Positions 17,925 to 26,691 of a stretch of DNA of 64,000 nucleotides are shown piece after piece (the stretch's first letter is position 1; every line of letters begins with the position of its first letter). The notes under the pieces were generated by a model that ran no database searches, was not told the DNA's origin, and worked only from the letters and a program-made list of their open reading frames with translations. This DNA is from a plasmid. Both the position numbers and the translations under genes were made by a program. The stretch lies in sequence record NZ_CP085281.1; one strand, 5' to 3'.

Positions 17925-18863
17925 TCAGCTGAGGCTACGCAGGAGCTGGCCCAGGCGTACGAGTCGTTGGCCGGTCGCCAGGCATTTGGGGGCCAGGTGG
18001 GCGCCGCGGCCGTCGGAGAGTTGCTCGGCGAGCGTCGTGGGTTCGCCGGCGGCCAGGACTGCGGTGATCGCCGCCTCCAGATCCAGGAGTACCTGCGCCG
18101 CGGCGCCGGAGCTTGGGGACGTGTCCTCGTCGCTGGTCCGGGTGTTTTTGACGGGATCGCCGGCGGGCGTGGCCGGTGCGGCCGCCGCTGTGGCGCCGAC
18201 CGCTGGGGATGTGTCATCAGGGCTGGTAGGGGTGTTTTCGTCGTCGCCCCATGGCGGGGCGCTGGATGTGGATTCCTGGCCGCCGCCGGTGGTGATGTCG
18301 AACGGTGGCGCGTCGACGTCGACGTCGTCGGGGATCTCCGCGGGGACCAGGGCGCCCAGTGGGGATGCCGGCGGGGTCGATGATTCGTGCAGGGGGCCGA
18401 AGCCTGGGGCGGTGGAGCGCTGGGTGACGGTGTCGATGAGGTCGCGCAGGGCGTCGGTTTGGGCGTCGGGGTCGGTGAGTCCCTCCAGCACCGCGGGGGC
18501 TTGTTCGATGACGACGCGGGCGCCGGTGACCCCGAGGCGGGCGACGTCGGAGGAGGTGACCGGGATGCGGGTTCCGGGGGCGGTTAGTTCCTGCAGGGGC
18601 AGGATCAGGCCGACGATGCCCTGCTGGTAGCGGCGGGCGTTGGAGGCTGCGCATCCGAGTTGGTCTTGGACGAAGGCGGTGAAGCCGGTGTAGGGGCGGC
18701 CGGCGCCGTCGTTGATGTAGCGCCAGTCCTCGTCGCGGTAGATCTCGGCGAGGACCTCGAACGCCGTCTGGAAGGCGTTGTGTAGCAGCTGGGCTCGGCG
18801 CAGGGCGCGTTCTTGGCGGGTTTCGATGACGCCGGCTTCTTGGAAGGCGAGGTCGGTGCTCAT
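17925..18863 (-). CDS. acidic hypothetical protein (ParB-like?); contains two copies of the 28-bp repeat
   Basis: start MSTDLAF at 18863 (ATGA overlap with upstream gene); N-terminal helical DNA-binding-like region; Asp/Pro/Thr-rich tail. Confidence 0.45.
   Translation of the reverse strand: MSTDLAFQEAGVIETRQERALRRAQLLHNAFQTAFEVLAEIYRDEDWRYINDGAGRPYTGFTAFVQDQLGCAASNARRYQQGIVGLILPLQELTAPGTRIPVTSSDVARLGVTGARVVIEQAPAVLEGLTDPDAQTDALRDLIDTVTQRSTAPGFGPLHESSTPPASPLGALVPAEIPDDVDVDAPPFDITTGGGQESTSSAPPWGDDENTPTSPDDTSPAVGATAAAAPATPAGDPVKNTRTSDEDTSPSSGAAAQVLLDLEAAITAVLAAGEPTTLAEQLSDGRGAHLAPKCLATGQRLVRLGQLLRSLS
18116..18145 (+). repeat. 28-bp repeat copy d (GGGGACGTGTCCTCGTCGCTGGTCCGGGTG), intragenic
   Basis: inside 17925..18863 (-); encodes ...TSDEDTSP. 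Confidence 0.5.
18205..18234 (+). repeat. 28-bp repeat copy e (GGGGATGTGTCATCAGGGCTGGTAGGGGTG), intragenic
   Basis: inside 17925..18863 (-); encodes ...TSPDDTSP. Confidence 0.5.
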
Positions 18864-19564
18864 CGTGGGGTCCGCTGCTGGATCGCGGCGTCGATGGGTT
18901 CGGCGGCGTCGTCGAGGAAGCTGCGCAGACGCTTCTGGGTGGCCGGGTCGGCCCATGCGGTGGCGATGACGTCGGCCAGGTCGTCGGCTAGGACGCCGAG
19001 TTCGGCGGTGACGTCCAGGCGGAGCCGCTTGCGCGTTTGCAGGTCGGGCATGAGCCGCAGCAGCGTGATGGTGACGGTGTTGGTGTCGGTCGAGGCCGGG
19101 CTGTTGCGGAAGGTGGCCATGATGCGCTGTTCGACGAGCGTTTTGGCCAGGGGGTCGCGGAAGGAGCCGACGGGGATGACGGCCAGGGGGCCGTCGGTGT
19201 CGCCGGCGTTGCCGCGGGAGAGTCGCTCTTCGTACTCCTCGACGGCCATGGCCAGCCCGGACAGGTAGATGGTCTTGAGGGCTTTGCGTTCGTGCTCGTC
19301 GCGGGTGAGTTCGAAGCGGCGGAACGTTTCGGCGGCGCCGTCGGGAGTGGAGGCGTAGGCGATCGCGTCGGCGTCGCGGCGGCGGCGGGCTTTGTCCAGT
19401 TTGGCCTGCACCTTGTCGAGTTCGCGCAGGAGTTCTTCGCGGGTCGGTTCCTGGGTCATGGTGTCAGTCATTGTCTCGCTCCTGGGCTTCGTCGACGCCG
19501 AAGAACTGCTCGGCGGCTGCGGTGGCGGCTGCTTCGGTGTCGCCGGTGAAGGTGTGTCGTTCAC
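18860..19564 (-). CDS. hypothetical protein (start uncertain, possibly 19471)
   Basis: 234-aa ORF; Pro/Ser-rich N-terminus probably untranslated; helical Arg/Glu-rich body. Confidence 0.4.
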   Translation of the reverse strand: MNDTPSPATPKQPPPQPPSSSSASTKPRSETMTDTMTQEPTREELLRELDKVQAKLDKARRRRDADAIAYASTPDGAAETFRRFELTRDEHERKALKTIYLSGLAMAVEEYEERLSRGNAGDTDGPLAVIPVGSFRDPLAKTLVEQRIMATFRNSPASTDTNTVTITLLRLMPDLQTRKRLRLDVTAELGVLADDLADVIATAWADPATQKRLRSFLDDAAEPIDAAIQQRTPR

Positions 19565-19634
19565 CGGTGTCGGGGTCTTCGATCTCGATCTCGACGGCGG
19601 CTGGTTGACCGGGGGTGTTCATTGGTGTGCCCTT

Positions 19635-20738
19635 CTATGGCATGACGGCCGGGGCGGCCTGTGGGAGTGCGCCGATGATGGACTTGCAGGCCTTGTTGAC
19701 CCGGTCGGCGGTCTGCTGCACCTTCTTGGGGTCCCCCTTGGCCCAGCCGTCGATGTAGGCGAATGCGCTGCCTCCGGGGGTGAGGCCGTAGTGGCGGCCG
19801 ATGACGTAGGCGACGCTTTCGGCCTCGACCTCCATCGTGGGGCGCTGGCCGCCGGGGCCGTTGTGGTAGTCGTGGTGGCGTTCCATGTGGCCCATCTCGA
19901 TGTGCGCCAATTCGTGGGCGAGCACCATGGCTTGGTGGGCGTCGGAGTAGCGGGTGCTGACGACGACCTTCTTGGTGGGCTTGTCCTGGGTGTAGCCCTC
20001 GGGTCCGTTCTCGGGTAGCTCGACCCGTTCGACGGTGTAGCCGTGGGCGGTGATCTGGTTCTCGAGTTCGGTGTGCATCTCAGGTGGTGCGACGCCGGTT
20101 TCGCGGGTGTAGGTGACCTCGGGGCGCTGCGGCAGCGGCGGGCCGGTGGTGTCGGATACGTCGTAGACCGGGACGCTGAGCCAGCCGGTCATGACGTCTT
20201 CCTCGGTGCCGTCGTCCTTCTTGCGCTTCTTGATCTGGGGTGCGCGGATCCAGATCGCCTTCGAGCCGGCGATCAGGTCGCGGTTGAACTTCTTGTTCCA
20301 CACCTTCTTCAGGCCGCCGACGAAGGTCGCATCGGGGCGCTGCATGCGCACCAGCAGCTGGTTCTGCAGCGAGTAGTGGTGGAACTGGCTGGCGTAGTGC
20401 AGCCAGTCCTGCCACTGCTCGGCGGTGTTGAGGTTGGCGATCGCGTCGTCGATCTCGCGGCGGATGTCCTCGATGCGGGTCGTCTTGTCGGCGAAGCTGA
20501 CCTTCTTGGACCGCGGCGCGGGCGCCGGCGCTTCTGCTGGTGTCGCGTCGGCGACTGCCGGTGCTGGCGCGGGATGGCCCGCATCGGCCAGAGCTGCCAT
20601 CAGAACGGACTCGGCTTCTTCGAGGACCTCGACGGCGTGGGCTGAGTGACTGTAGGCGATGCGGGTGTCCCCGGAGCAGCGGCGTGGCCCTCCTGGGTCG
20701 GTCGTGGCGCGACACACGATGAAGTACCTCCTCGGCAT
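19635..20738 (-). CDS. ardC: ArdC-like anti-restriction protein (ssDNA-binding N-domain + zincin metalloprotease domain); start uncertain
   Basis: 'AEQWQDWLHYASQFHHYSLQNQLLVRMQRPDATFVGGLKKVW' ArdC-N domain; 'HELAHIEMGH' HExxH motif. Confidence 0.7.
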   Translation of the reverse strand: MPRRYFIVCRATTDPGGPRRCSGDTRIAYSHSAHAVEVLEEAESVLMAALADAGHPAPAPAVADATPAEAPAPAPRSKKVSFADKTTRIEDIRREIDDAIANLNTAEQWQDWLHYASQFHHYSLQNQLLVRMQRPDATFVGGLKKVWNKKFNRDLIAGSKAIWIRAPQIKKRKKDDGTEEDVMTGWLSVPVYDVSDTTGPPLPQRPEVTYTRETGVAPPEMHTELENQITAHGYTVERVELPENGPEGYTQDKPTKKVVVSTRYSDAHQAMVLAHELAHIEMGHMERHHDYHNGPGGQRPTMEVEAESVAYVIGRHYGLTPGGSAFAYIDGWAKGDPKKVQQTADRVNKACKSIIGALPQAAPAVMP

Positions 20739-20815
20739 GGGACGCGGGGACCGCTACCGAAATAGCGCCAGCCCGGCAAAGGAGAGCTGGTGTGCGTTCC
20801 TACTTCTTGAAGTAC

Positions 20816-20850
20816 CGGCGGGGACCCCGTTTTCCGTCGCTCCTGGACCG
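20816..20850 (+). promoter_or_regulatory. conserved motif CTTGAAGTACCGGCGGGGACCCCGTTTTCCGTCGC
   Basis: about 80% identical copy at 44348..44382; partial third copy (GAAGTACC..GGGGACC) at 20721..20760; both full copies lie just upstream of minus-strand operon starts. Confidence 0.45.
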
Positions 20851-20912
20851 AACTTTTTCCGCCTCGACGCGCCCTCCCCCATCACCGCTGCATCGGCCGC
20901 GCTTCAACGCTG

Positions 20913-20946
20913 TGTATACCGATATGCCATTTTTGTGTATAGTGGT
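20913..20946 (+). promoter_or_regulatory. promoter/operator-like motif GTGTATACCGATATGCCATTTTTGTGTATAGTGG
   Basis: second copy of the 13632 motif; 25 nt upstream of the ADP-ribosylglycohydrolase start; TATAGT -10-like hexamer. Confidence 0.45.
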
Positions 20947-20970
20947 GCCCATAAGAAAGGTTGGTGCATC

Positions 20971-22047
20971 ATGACGAGACGAACTGCTACCCAGGCTCGC
21001 TACCGCAACGCCCTCATCGGGTTGGCCGCCGGCGACGCGTGGGGCTACCAGGTCGAATTCCGTAAGTACGCCTGCATGCCCGCCTACCCGGTGCCCGCAC
21101 CCAAGAAGATCTGGCGGATCTCCGACGACACCCAGATGACGCTTGCCCTGCACGACGCCCTCGTCGACGTCGCCGGCCAGCTCGACGACATCGACGCGGT
21201 AACCAAGGCCATCACCGAGCGCTTCCTCGAATGGCAGGTCGACCGCGACAACAACCGTGCGCCGGGGGCCACGTGCATGGGGTCCCTTACACGTCTGCGG
21301 CGCGGCATTCAGTGGCACGAAGAGGCTGGCGCGCTGGCCCGGCCTGGCTGCGGGGCCGTGATGCGGCTCGCGCCGGCGGCCCTGTGCCCGGAGCCGGTGT
21401 GGCGGGGCATCACTGCGTTGCAGGCGGTGCTGACCCACAAGCATCCGCGGGCGATCGCGTCCGCCCTGGTGCTCAGTGACGCCATCCGGTCTGCGACCAC
21501 GGTGCGTGGGCATTTTCTCGAACATGCCATCAGCGCGGCGATGTCGGTCGTTTCGGGTGAAAGCCCGTGGCTGCGTGACGATTACCTGCTGCGGGTACTT
21601 TCACCGATGACCTCGGACATTTCCGGCCTGCTGGCCGCGGGCGTCAAGGACGTCCTGCTCGATGCGCTCCTGGACGCCTACGCCGTCAAGCAGGAGCTGA
21701 CCACGCTGACCCCAGCGGAGTACGGCGACCCCTGCGTGGGAATCGGTGAGGGCTGGGAGTCGGGCACGGCGACCGCCCTCGGGCTGCTGGTGGCCGACAT
21801 GGCCACCGCGCCCGGGCGGCGTCGGGCTCCCCTCAACGGGCGCGAGGCGCTGGCGTGGGCGGCAACGAGCAATGGCGACTCCGACTCGATCGCCAGCATC
21901 GCCGGCGCGGTCATCGGCGCCGCGCACACCGGGTCGAGCTATTGGGCCGGGGTGAAGATGGCCCCCCGGTTCGAGCCGCGGTACGCCAAGGCGCTGAGGG
22001 CGGCTCCTGCTGCAGCTGTTGGCTTTCTCGCGGCGAGCGCGGGGTGA
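20971..22047 (+). CDS. ADP-ribosylglycohydrolase family protein (DraG/ARH-like)
   Basis: 358 aa; 'GLAAGDAWG', 'SDDTQMTLAL', 'SNGDSDSIASIAGAVIGAAHTG' diagnostic of the ADP-ribosylglycohydrolase fold. Confidence 0.8.
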   Translation: MTRRTATQARYRNALIGLAAGDAWGYQVEFRKYACMPAYPVPAPKKIWRISDDTQMTLALHDALVDVAGQLDDIDAVTKAITERFLEWQVDRDNNRAPGATCMGSLTRLRRGIQWHEEAGALARPGCGAVMRLAPAALCPEPVWRGITALQAVLTHKHPRAIASALVLSDAIRSATTVRGHFLEHAISAAMSVVSGESPWLRDDYLLRVLSPMTSDISGLLAAGVKDVLLDALLDAYAVKQELTTLTPAEYGDPCVGIGEGWESGTATALGLLVADMATAPGRRRAPLNGREALAWAATSNGDSDSIASIAGAVIGAAHTGSSYWAGVKMAPRFEPRYAKALRAAPAAAVGFLAASAG

Positions 22048-22661
22048 GTCTGGTGCGACCAGGTGCATCGGTGGGCAAGTCCGCGAAGATCCGGGACGCT
22101 GCGCTTGCGGAGTTCGCGGCGCGTGGTGTTGAAGCCACCTCGTTGCGGCAGGTGGCGGCTAGGGGTGGTGTCTCAATCGGGTTGGTCCAGCATCACTTTG
22201 GTAGCAAAGCCGGTCTCGTCGAGGCTGTCGATGCGCACGTGGCCGACGTGGTTGGCGAGGTGCTGGTCTCTGCTCCTGAAGCGGTGACGGTCGAAGCGTT
22301 TGGTGATCAGTTGATGGCGCTGCTGACGCAACACAGCGTGGTCGCGGAGTACCTCGCTCGGGCGATGGCGGACAAGACGCCCTTCGGGTCAATGATTTTC
22401 GATCGGTTGATCGCGATGGGCGTTGCGCGGTGGAAGTGCCGCAGCGGCGCCGGCCGAACCTGTGCCGATGTGGACACCGTGTGGGCGGTGATGAATGTGG
22501 TGGTGCTCTTCATTGGCACCATCTTGTTGCGACCTCACGTTGAGCGCCAGCTGTCCGCACCGTTGTTATCGCCTGACCAGGTGGTCCGGTGGAGGTCCGC
22601 CGTCGCCGCATTGACAGCCAAAGGGGTATCTCTGACACGCATGCCGCGCGGCGCGGAATAG
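22044..22661 (+). CDS. TetR-family transcriptional regulator
   Basis: GTG start overlapping upstream stop (GTGA); N-terminal 'RDAALAEFAARGVEATSLRQVAARGGVSIGLVQHHFGSK' TetR HTH. Confidence 0.75.
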   Translation: MSLVRPGASVGKSAKIRDAALAEFAARGVEATSLRQVAARGGVSIGLVQHHFGSKAGLVEAVDAHVADVVGEVLVSAPEAVTVEAFGDQLMALLTQHSVVAEYLARAMADKTPFGSMIFDRLIAMGVARWKCRSGAGRTCADVDTVWAVMNVVVLFIGTILLRPHVERQLSAPLLSPDQVVRWRSAVAALTAKGVSLTRMPRGAE

Positions 22662-22912
22662 TTTCCCTTACGTCCCTGAGCCGTGCCTTCATCGGGCGCT
22701 CAGTCATTGCGGGCAAGGCCGCGGCTTAGGCTGCGCGGCGAGCCAGGTCTTCGCGGATCCGCCAGTCCTGACCGTTGATGGCCCAGCGGTCGTGTCGGGT
22801 GCGTCGCTTGTTGGCGCTGGCATGCTTGGTGCTGCATGGCCCGCACAGACACCAGGCTTGGGCGCCGTTGTGGGCGCGGAAGACGATTTCGCCGGCGTCG
22901 CGGGCTTGCGTT

Positions 22913-23269
22913 TCAGTGGTGTAGCTCATGTCGTCGTTCCCTCGTTCGCGTAGAAGGTCCTGGGTCCGATTGCACCCGTGTCCAGGGTTGCGTCGGTGCC
23001 GATCGCCAGGCGTACCAGCCGGTGGGTAGGTCGGCCAATTGCGACACGGCGGGCTCGTTGGCCACCACGCAAGCCAGGCAGGCCACGCGTCCGTCCTCGC
23101 GTTGCACCGTTGTGCCGCAGAGGAACTGCCAATCACCATCGACGTCGTGGTGCACCTCGATGATTGGATGTCCCTCGATGACCGGCCGAGTGGTGATCAC
23201 TGCCCTGTTCGGTGGGTCGTCGAACAGCCACGAATCGATCCCGTGGTCGTGCCCGGCGATGCGCCTCAT
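22913..23269 (-). CDS. hypothetical protein
   Basis: 118-aa ORF; overlaps other frames so uncertain. Confidence 0.3.
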   Translation of the reverse strand: MRRIAGHDHGIDSWLFDDPPNRAVITTRPVIEGHPIIEVHHDVDGDWQFLCGTTVQREDGRVACLACVVANEPAVSQLADLPTGWYAWRSAPTQPWTRVQSDPGPSTRTRERRHELHH

Positions 23270-23381
23270 CGCCGACGTCGAGACGTCAGTCGGTCAGCTG
23301 GACGGCCGAGGAATCTCCCGGACTCGAATGTCTCCGCCGCGTCCATCAGCTCTTCACCACCATCATCAATCATCACCGTTG

Positions 23382-24020
23382 TTAGTCCATATCCCAACCG
23401 GTGCCCCAGGTTTGGGAGAGGAAGTTGCGGATGGCGCCGATGGTGGTGCAGTAAATGACGCCGGGGCGGCGCGGGTCTTCGGAGATGACGGTGCCGACGA
23501 CGTGCACCCCCTTGCTGGTGGGGTCGAGTCGTTCGTAGATGGGGGCGCCGCTGTCTCCGTGGTCGGCCGGCATTTGGACGGCGAACTTGGTGTCGTCGAC
23601 CGAAAGTACTGTGCCGCATGTCTCCTGGGTGGTCGCACCGTATTTGCAGACCGTGGATCCCTTGTTGGGCACCCAGGGGTCCAGGAGCGGTTCGCGCGAC
23701 ATGAGGCTGTACTCACTGGGAATGTTCGAATACAGCCGGATGGCAATCAGATCTGTTGTGGGGTCGTGTATTTCGGGAATGAAGCGGCCGATCTGGATGT
23801 TGCCGAGGCTGACTTCGGTGATGCCGTCCTGGTAGCAGTGCCCGGCGGTGTAGACGATGTTGGGCATCTTGGGGTCGGGGAAGCTGACCGTGCACCAGCG
23901 GCCTCCGCTGGTGATCATGAAGCCGGCGGTGATTGCGAGGGCGTTGGCGGGGCTTGCGGTGGTCAGTGCGGCGACGGCGGCAATGAGCATGGCGGCCAGC
24001 GCGGTGAGTAGGCGCTTCAT
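23382..24020 (-). CDS. secreted trypsin/chymotrypsin-family (S1) serine protease
   Basis: signal peptide; catalytic triad motifs 'TAGHC', 'DLIAIRL', 'GDSGAP'. Confidence 0.8.
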   Translation of the reverse strand: MKRLLTALAAMLIAAVAALTTASPANALAITAGFMITSGGRWCTVSFPDPKMPNIVYTAGHCYQDGITEVSLGNIQIGRFIPEIHDPTTDLIAIRLYSNIPSEYSLMSREPLLDPWVPNKGSTVCKYGATTQETCGTVLSVDDTKFAVQMPADHGDSGAPIYERLDPTSKGVHVVGTVISEDPRRPGVIYCTTIGAIRNFLSQTWGTGWDMD

Positions 24021-24021
24021 G

Positions 24022-24357
24022 TCAGTACCGCAGGGTTTCGCGTTTGAACTGTTCGTACTGCTCAGCGGTGGGGGCGTCGGGCAGTACGTCGTACGTCGAG
24101 GGGGGGACGGTGGTGCCGTTGGCGGCCGCCTCGGCTTCCATGCGTTCGCGCACCGCCAGGCGTCCGCGCATGGAGGCCACGCTGGCCACGGCGAGGATCT
24201 CGCGCGCCAGGGCGCGCTCGTTGAGCTTGCGGACGCTTTCGTTCAGGTGGAAGCCGTTGACGGCGCCGCCGGCGGCAGCCGAGACGCCGATGGTGCGGGT
24301 GCGGTTGAAGACGTCGTAGCGGTCGGGCTGCTGGGGGTTCGAGTCGGCTGATGTCAT
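24022..24357 (-). CDS. hypothetical protein
   Basis: 111-aa ORF, 1-nt gap to downstream gene. Confidence 0.4.
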   Translation of the reverse strand: MTSADSNPQQPDRYDVFNRTRTIGVSAAAGGAVNGFHLNESVRKLNERALAREILAVASVASMRGRLAVRERMEAEAAANGTTVPPSTYDVLPDAPTAEQYEQFKRETLRY

Positions 24358-24368
24358 TGGCTTCTCCT

Positions 24369-26354
24369 TCAGGATGCGCGCGATGCCGCGAGCAGCTGGC
24401 GCAGCTCGGGATGGGTGGGTACGGGAATGGCCTGTTTGAGGTCCCAGATGAGGGCCCTGCGGTCGTCGTCGGCGACGGAGTTGGCGGCCACCAGCCAGAG
24501 GTCCTCGCGCTGGGCGTAGACGGTGAGGCCGAGCCGGGCGGTGCGGTAGGCCGCTTCGTGGGCGCCGGCGGCTTGCTGGCGTTGGGCCAGCTCGGCGGCG
24601 GCGGTGCTGCAGCGGTCGATGAGTTCGTCTTTGAGCAGCTGCACCGAGCGCCAGGCGTACTCCTCGTCGGGGACGTCTTCGAACGGGGCGCCGCGGATGA
24701 GTTGTACTGCGGCGGTGAGTGCTTCGGTGGTGGCGCTTTCGGGGGTGTGGCCGATGAGGCGGTTGAATTCCTTCCAGTCGCAGAACATGTCGACGACGAG
24801 GAGGCCGCGGGCGTCATTGCGGATGGGGTCGTTGCCGCCCATCATCTTGCGGATCTGGGTACGCAGTTGGCGCCGGTTCTGTGGGGTGACCTGGAGGATC
24901 TTTTCCTCCCACTCGGTGGAGGTGACTCCGTTGGAGGTGGCAAGGGCCATCAGGGCCTTGACGGGCTTGCGGACTCCTTGGCGGGTCACCGCGGAGTGTT
25001 TGACCGGTTCCTTCGTTTCGGGGTCGAGTCCGAGCGCGTACACCTGTCCGAGCACGTAGAGGCCCGGTTCGGTGGGTTCCTCTGCGGGGCGGCCAGGAAG
25101 AAGCGGGGTGAGGTCGCCGGCGCCGGCGGCGGCGTCGTGGTCGCCGGCGGCGTCGGCGTCGGCGAAGGGGGCGGGGATGTCGGGGGTGAGTATCGGCGGT
25201 GGGCCGAGGGGCTGGTCGTCGGCCGGGGCAGGCTTCGGGGACGTGTCGTTTGCGCTGCTGGGTAGGGGTTTGGGTTCGGGGGTGGTCGCCGGTTGCTGGT
25301 TGGCCGTCGGCAGCGGATGGGGGGCCTCGGGCGTCGCGGCGGGGGTGAGCGCTTCGTCGACGGTGGGGGTCTCCTCGACGACGGCCGCTGACCCGGGGGA
25401 CGTGTCATTGCCGCTGGTCACAGGCATGGGAACGGAGGCTCGGGGTTCAACCGCCGGTGACGGAGCCTGACCGGGGGACGTGTCATTACCCGAGGTCGTG
25501 GGGCCTGTGTGCGTGATTGCGGTGACTGGACGCTCGAGATGGTCGGGGGCGACGACTTGCGCGGCCGCGGCCGCGGGCCCGGCGGCGGGCGCCGGCGCGA
25601 GGACCTCCTTGAGCTGAGCCCACTGCGGGTCGGCGACCTCCATGCGTCGCCAGATCGGCCAGTAGCGGTTGGCCAGGTAGATGCCGGCGACGGCCTCGTT
25701 GCACAACACGACGTTGGCGGCGCCGGCGGCTTGTGAGGACACCAGGATGGGATGGTCCTGGCCGTTGGCTGGTGCGCTGGTGTGGGAGGTGGTGAGGATC
25801 AGGGACACCTGAGGCGGGGCGGCCGCGGGGTTGTCGATGAGGAGCAGTCGCTCGGCGCCGGCGATCGCCAGCGCGGGGTCGGTGACGGCGAGGAGAGCTT
25901 CCGGAGTCTTCGACAGGGTCTGCATGAGCCAGGACCGCATCATCAGGACCGCGTTGCCGCCTTCGATCCCGAGGTAGCCGGCGGCGGCGAGGTTGACCAC
26001 CAGCACCTCGTTGCGGGAGGTGATGCCTGCGACGACATGGTGGTGGGCTGAGGTGCTGCGCGGCAGCAGTTGGGAGTGCAGCGGGTGTGCCCACCCATGG
26101 GCGGCTGGTGTCCATTCCTGACCCGCCGGCTCGGTGGTGGGGTCGACTGGATAGGCGGTGATCGTCGCGGCGTCGATGGTCGCGGCGACAGCGCCGGCGG
26201 GCCCGAACGCATCGGTCAGTAGCTGCGCGACGTTCTTCAGCGCCCCGTTCCCAGCAAGCAGCCACCGTGTCAGCTTGGCGGCCTGCTCATTCACACGGGT
26301 GAGTCTATCGAGGCTGGGGGCCTGTTTCGGGGTCCGCGCCGGCGTTGTTTTCAT
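24369..26354 (-). CDS. large hypothetical conjugation-operon protein with central Pro/Thr linker containing three 28-bp repeat copies
   Basis: 661 aa; structured N-domain, central linker encoding VTSGNDTSP x2 and SSANDTSP, structured C-domain; no motif recognised. Confidence 0.5.
   Translation of the reverse strand: MKTTPARTPKQAPSLDRLTRVNEQAAKLTRWLLAGNGALKNVAQLLTDAFGPAGAVAATIDAATITAYPVDPTTEPAGQEWTPAAHGWAHPLHSQLLPRSTSAHHHVVAGITSRNEVLVVNLAAAGYLGIEGGNAVLMMRSWLMQTLSKTPEALLAVTDPALAIAGAERLLLIDNPAAAPPQVSLILTTSHTSAPANGQDHPILVSSQAAGAANVVLCNEAVAGIYLANRYWPIWRRMEVADPQWAQLKEVLAPAPAAGPAAAAAQVVAPDHLERPVTAITHTGPTTSGNDTSPGQAPSPAVEPRASVPMPVTSGNDTSPGSAAVVEETPTVDEALTPAATPEAPHPLPTANQQPATTPEPKPLPSSANDTSPKPAPADDQPLGPPPILTPDIPAPFADADAAGDHDAAAGAGDLTPLLPGRPAEEPTEPGLYVLGQVYALGLDPETKEPVKHSAVTRQGVRKPVKALMALATSNGVTSTEWEEKILQVTPQNRRQLRTQIRKMMGGNDPIRNDARGLLVVDMFCDWKEFNRLIGHTPESATTEALTAAVQLIRGAPFEDVPDEEYAWRSVQLLKDELIDRCSTAAAELAQRQQAAGAHEAAYRTARLGLTVYAQREDLWLVAANSVADDDRRALIWDLKQAIPVPTHPELRQLLAASRAS
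25237..25267 (+). repeat. 28-bp repeat copy f (GGGGACGTGTCGTTTGCGCTGCTGGGTAGG), intragenic
   Basis: inside 24369..26354 (-); encodes SSANDTSP. Confidence 0.55.
25395..25424 (+). repeat. 28-bp repeat copy g (GGGGGACGTGTCATTGCCGCTGGTCACAGG), intragenic
   Basis: inside 24369..26354 (-); encodes PVTSGNDTSP. Confidence 0.6.
25473..25503 (+). repeat. 28-bp repeat copy h (GGGGGACGTGTCATTACCCGAGGTCGTGGGG), intragenic
   Basis: inside 24369..26354 (-); encodes TTSGNDTSP. Confidence 0.55.
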
Positions 26355-26682
26355 GCTCGGCGATCACGGTGTCGAAGTCGGGCAGGTCGTGTGCGGCCTG
26401 GAAGAGGGCCGACATCTGCTCTGCAGTCTCTTGTCCGGCGGTCATCACGAGTCGGGTGATTTCCTTGGCGATCTCGGCGGCGGGCTTGCGGTCCAGAATG
26501 CCCGGCTTGAGCCAGAGGTCGACGAGCTGGCCGTACATGTCGACTTTGACGGCGATGTCCTTGTCTTCGGAAAGCCGTTCGCCCAGAACGCTTCTCATCT
26601 TCTCGATGTAGCCCATTTGGTGGTCGTACACCGCATCGGCGTACAGCAGCGTGTTTTTCACGTCGGGATGAATGACGGACAT
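26305..26682 (-). CDS. YbaB/EbfC-family (EspL-like) small nucleoid-associated-type protein
   Basis: 125 aa; 'IAVKVDMYGQLVDLWLKPGILDRKPAAEIAKEITRLVMTAGQE' resembles YbaB/EbfC core; 50-nt overlap with downstream ORF start is uncertain. Confidence 0.5.
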   Translation of the reverse strand: MSVIHPDVKNTLLYADAVYDHQMGYIEKMRSVLGERLSEDKDIAVKVDMYGQLVDLWLKPGILDRKPAAEIAKEITRLVMTAGQETAEQMSALFQAAHDLPDFDTVIAEHENNAGADPETGPQPR

Positions 26683-26691
26683 GGTTGATTC

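Noticed and set aside
25395-25424. CRP-like site (TGTCA...TCACA) inside the 28-bp repeat
   Set aside because: The spacer between half-sites is 10 nt, not the 6 nt of the TGTGA-N6-TCACA CRP consensus. Most copies also lack the second half-site.
26305-26354. 50-nt overlap between the YbaB-like gene and the start of the 661-aa gene
   Set aside because: It was not resolved. Either the 661-aa protein starts at a downstream non-ATG codon or the overlap is real. It does not affect family calls.
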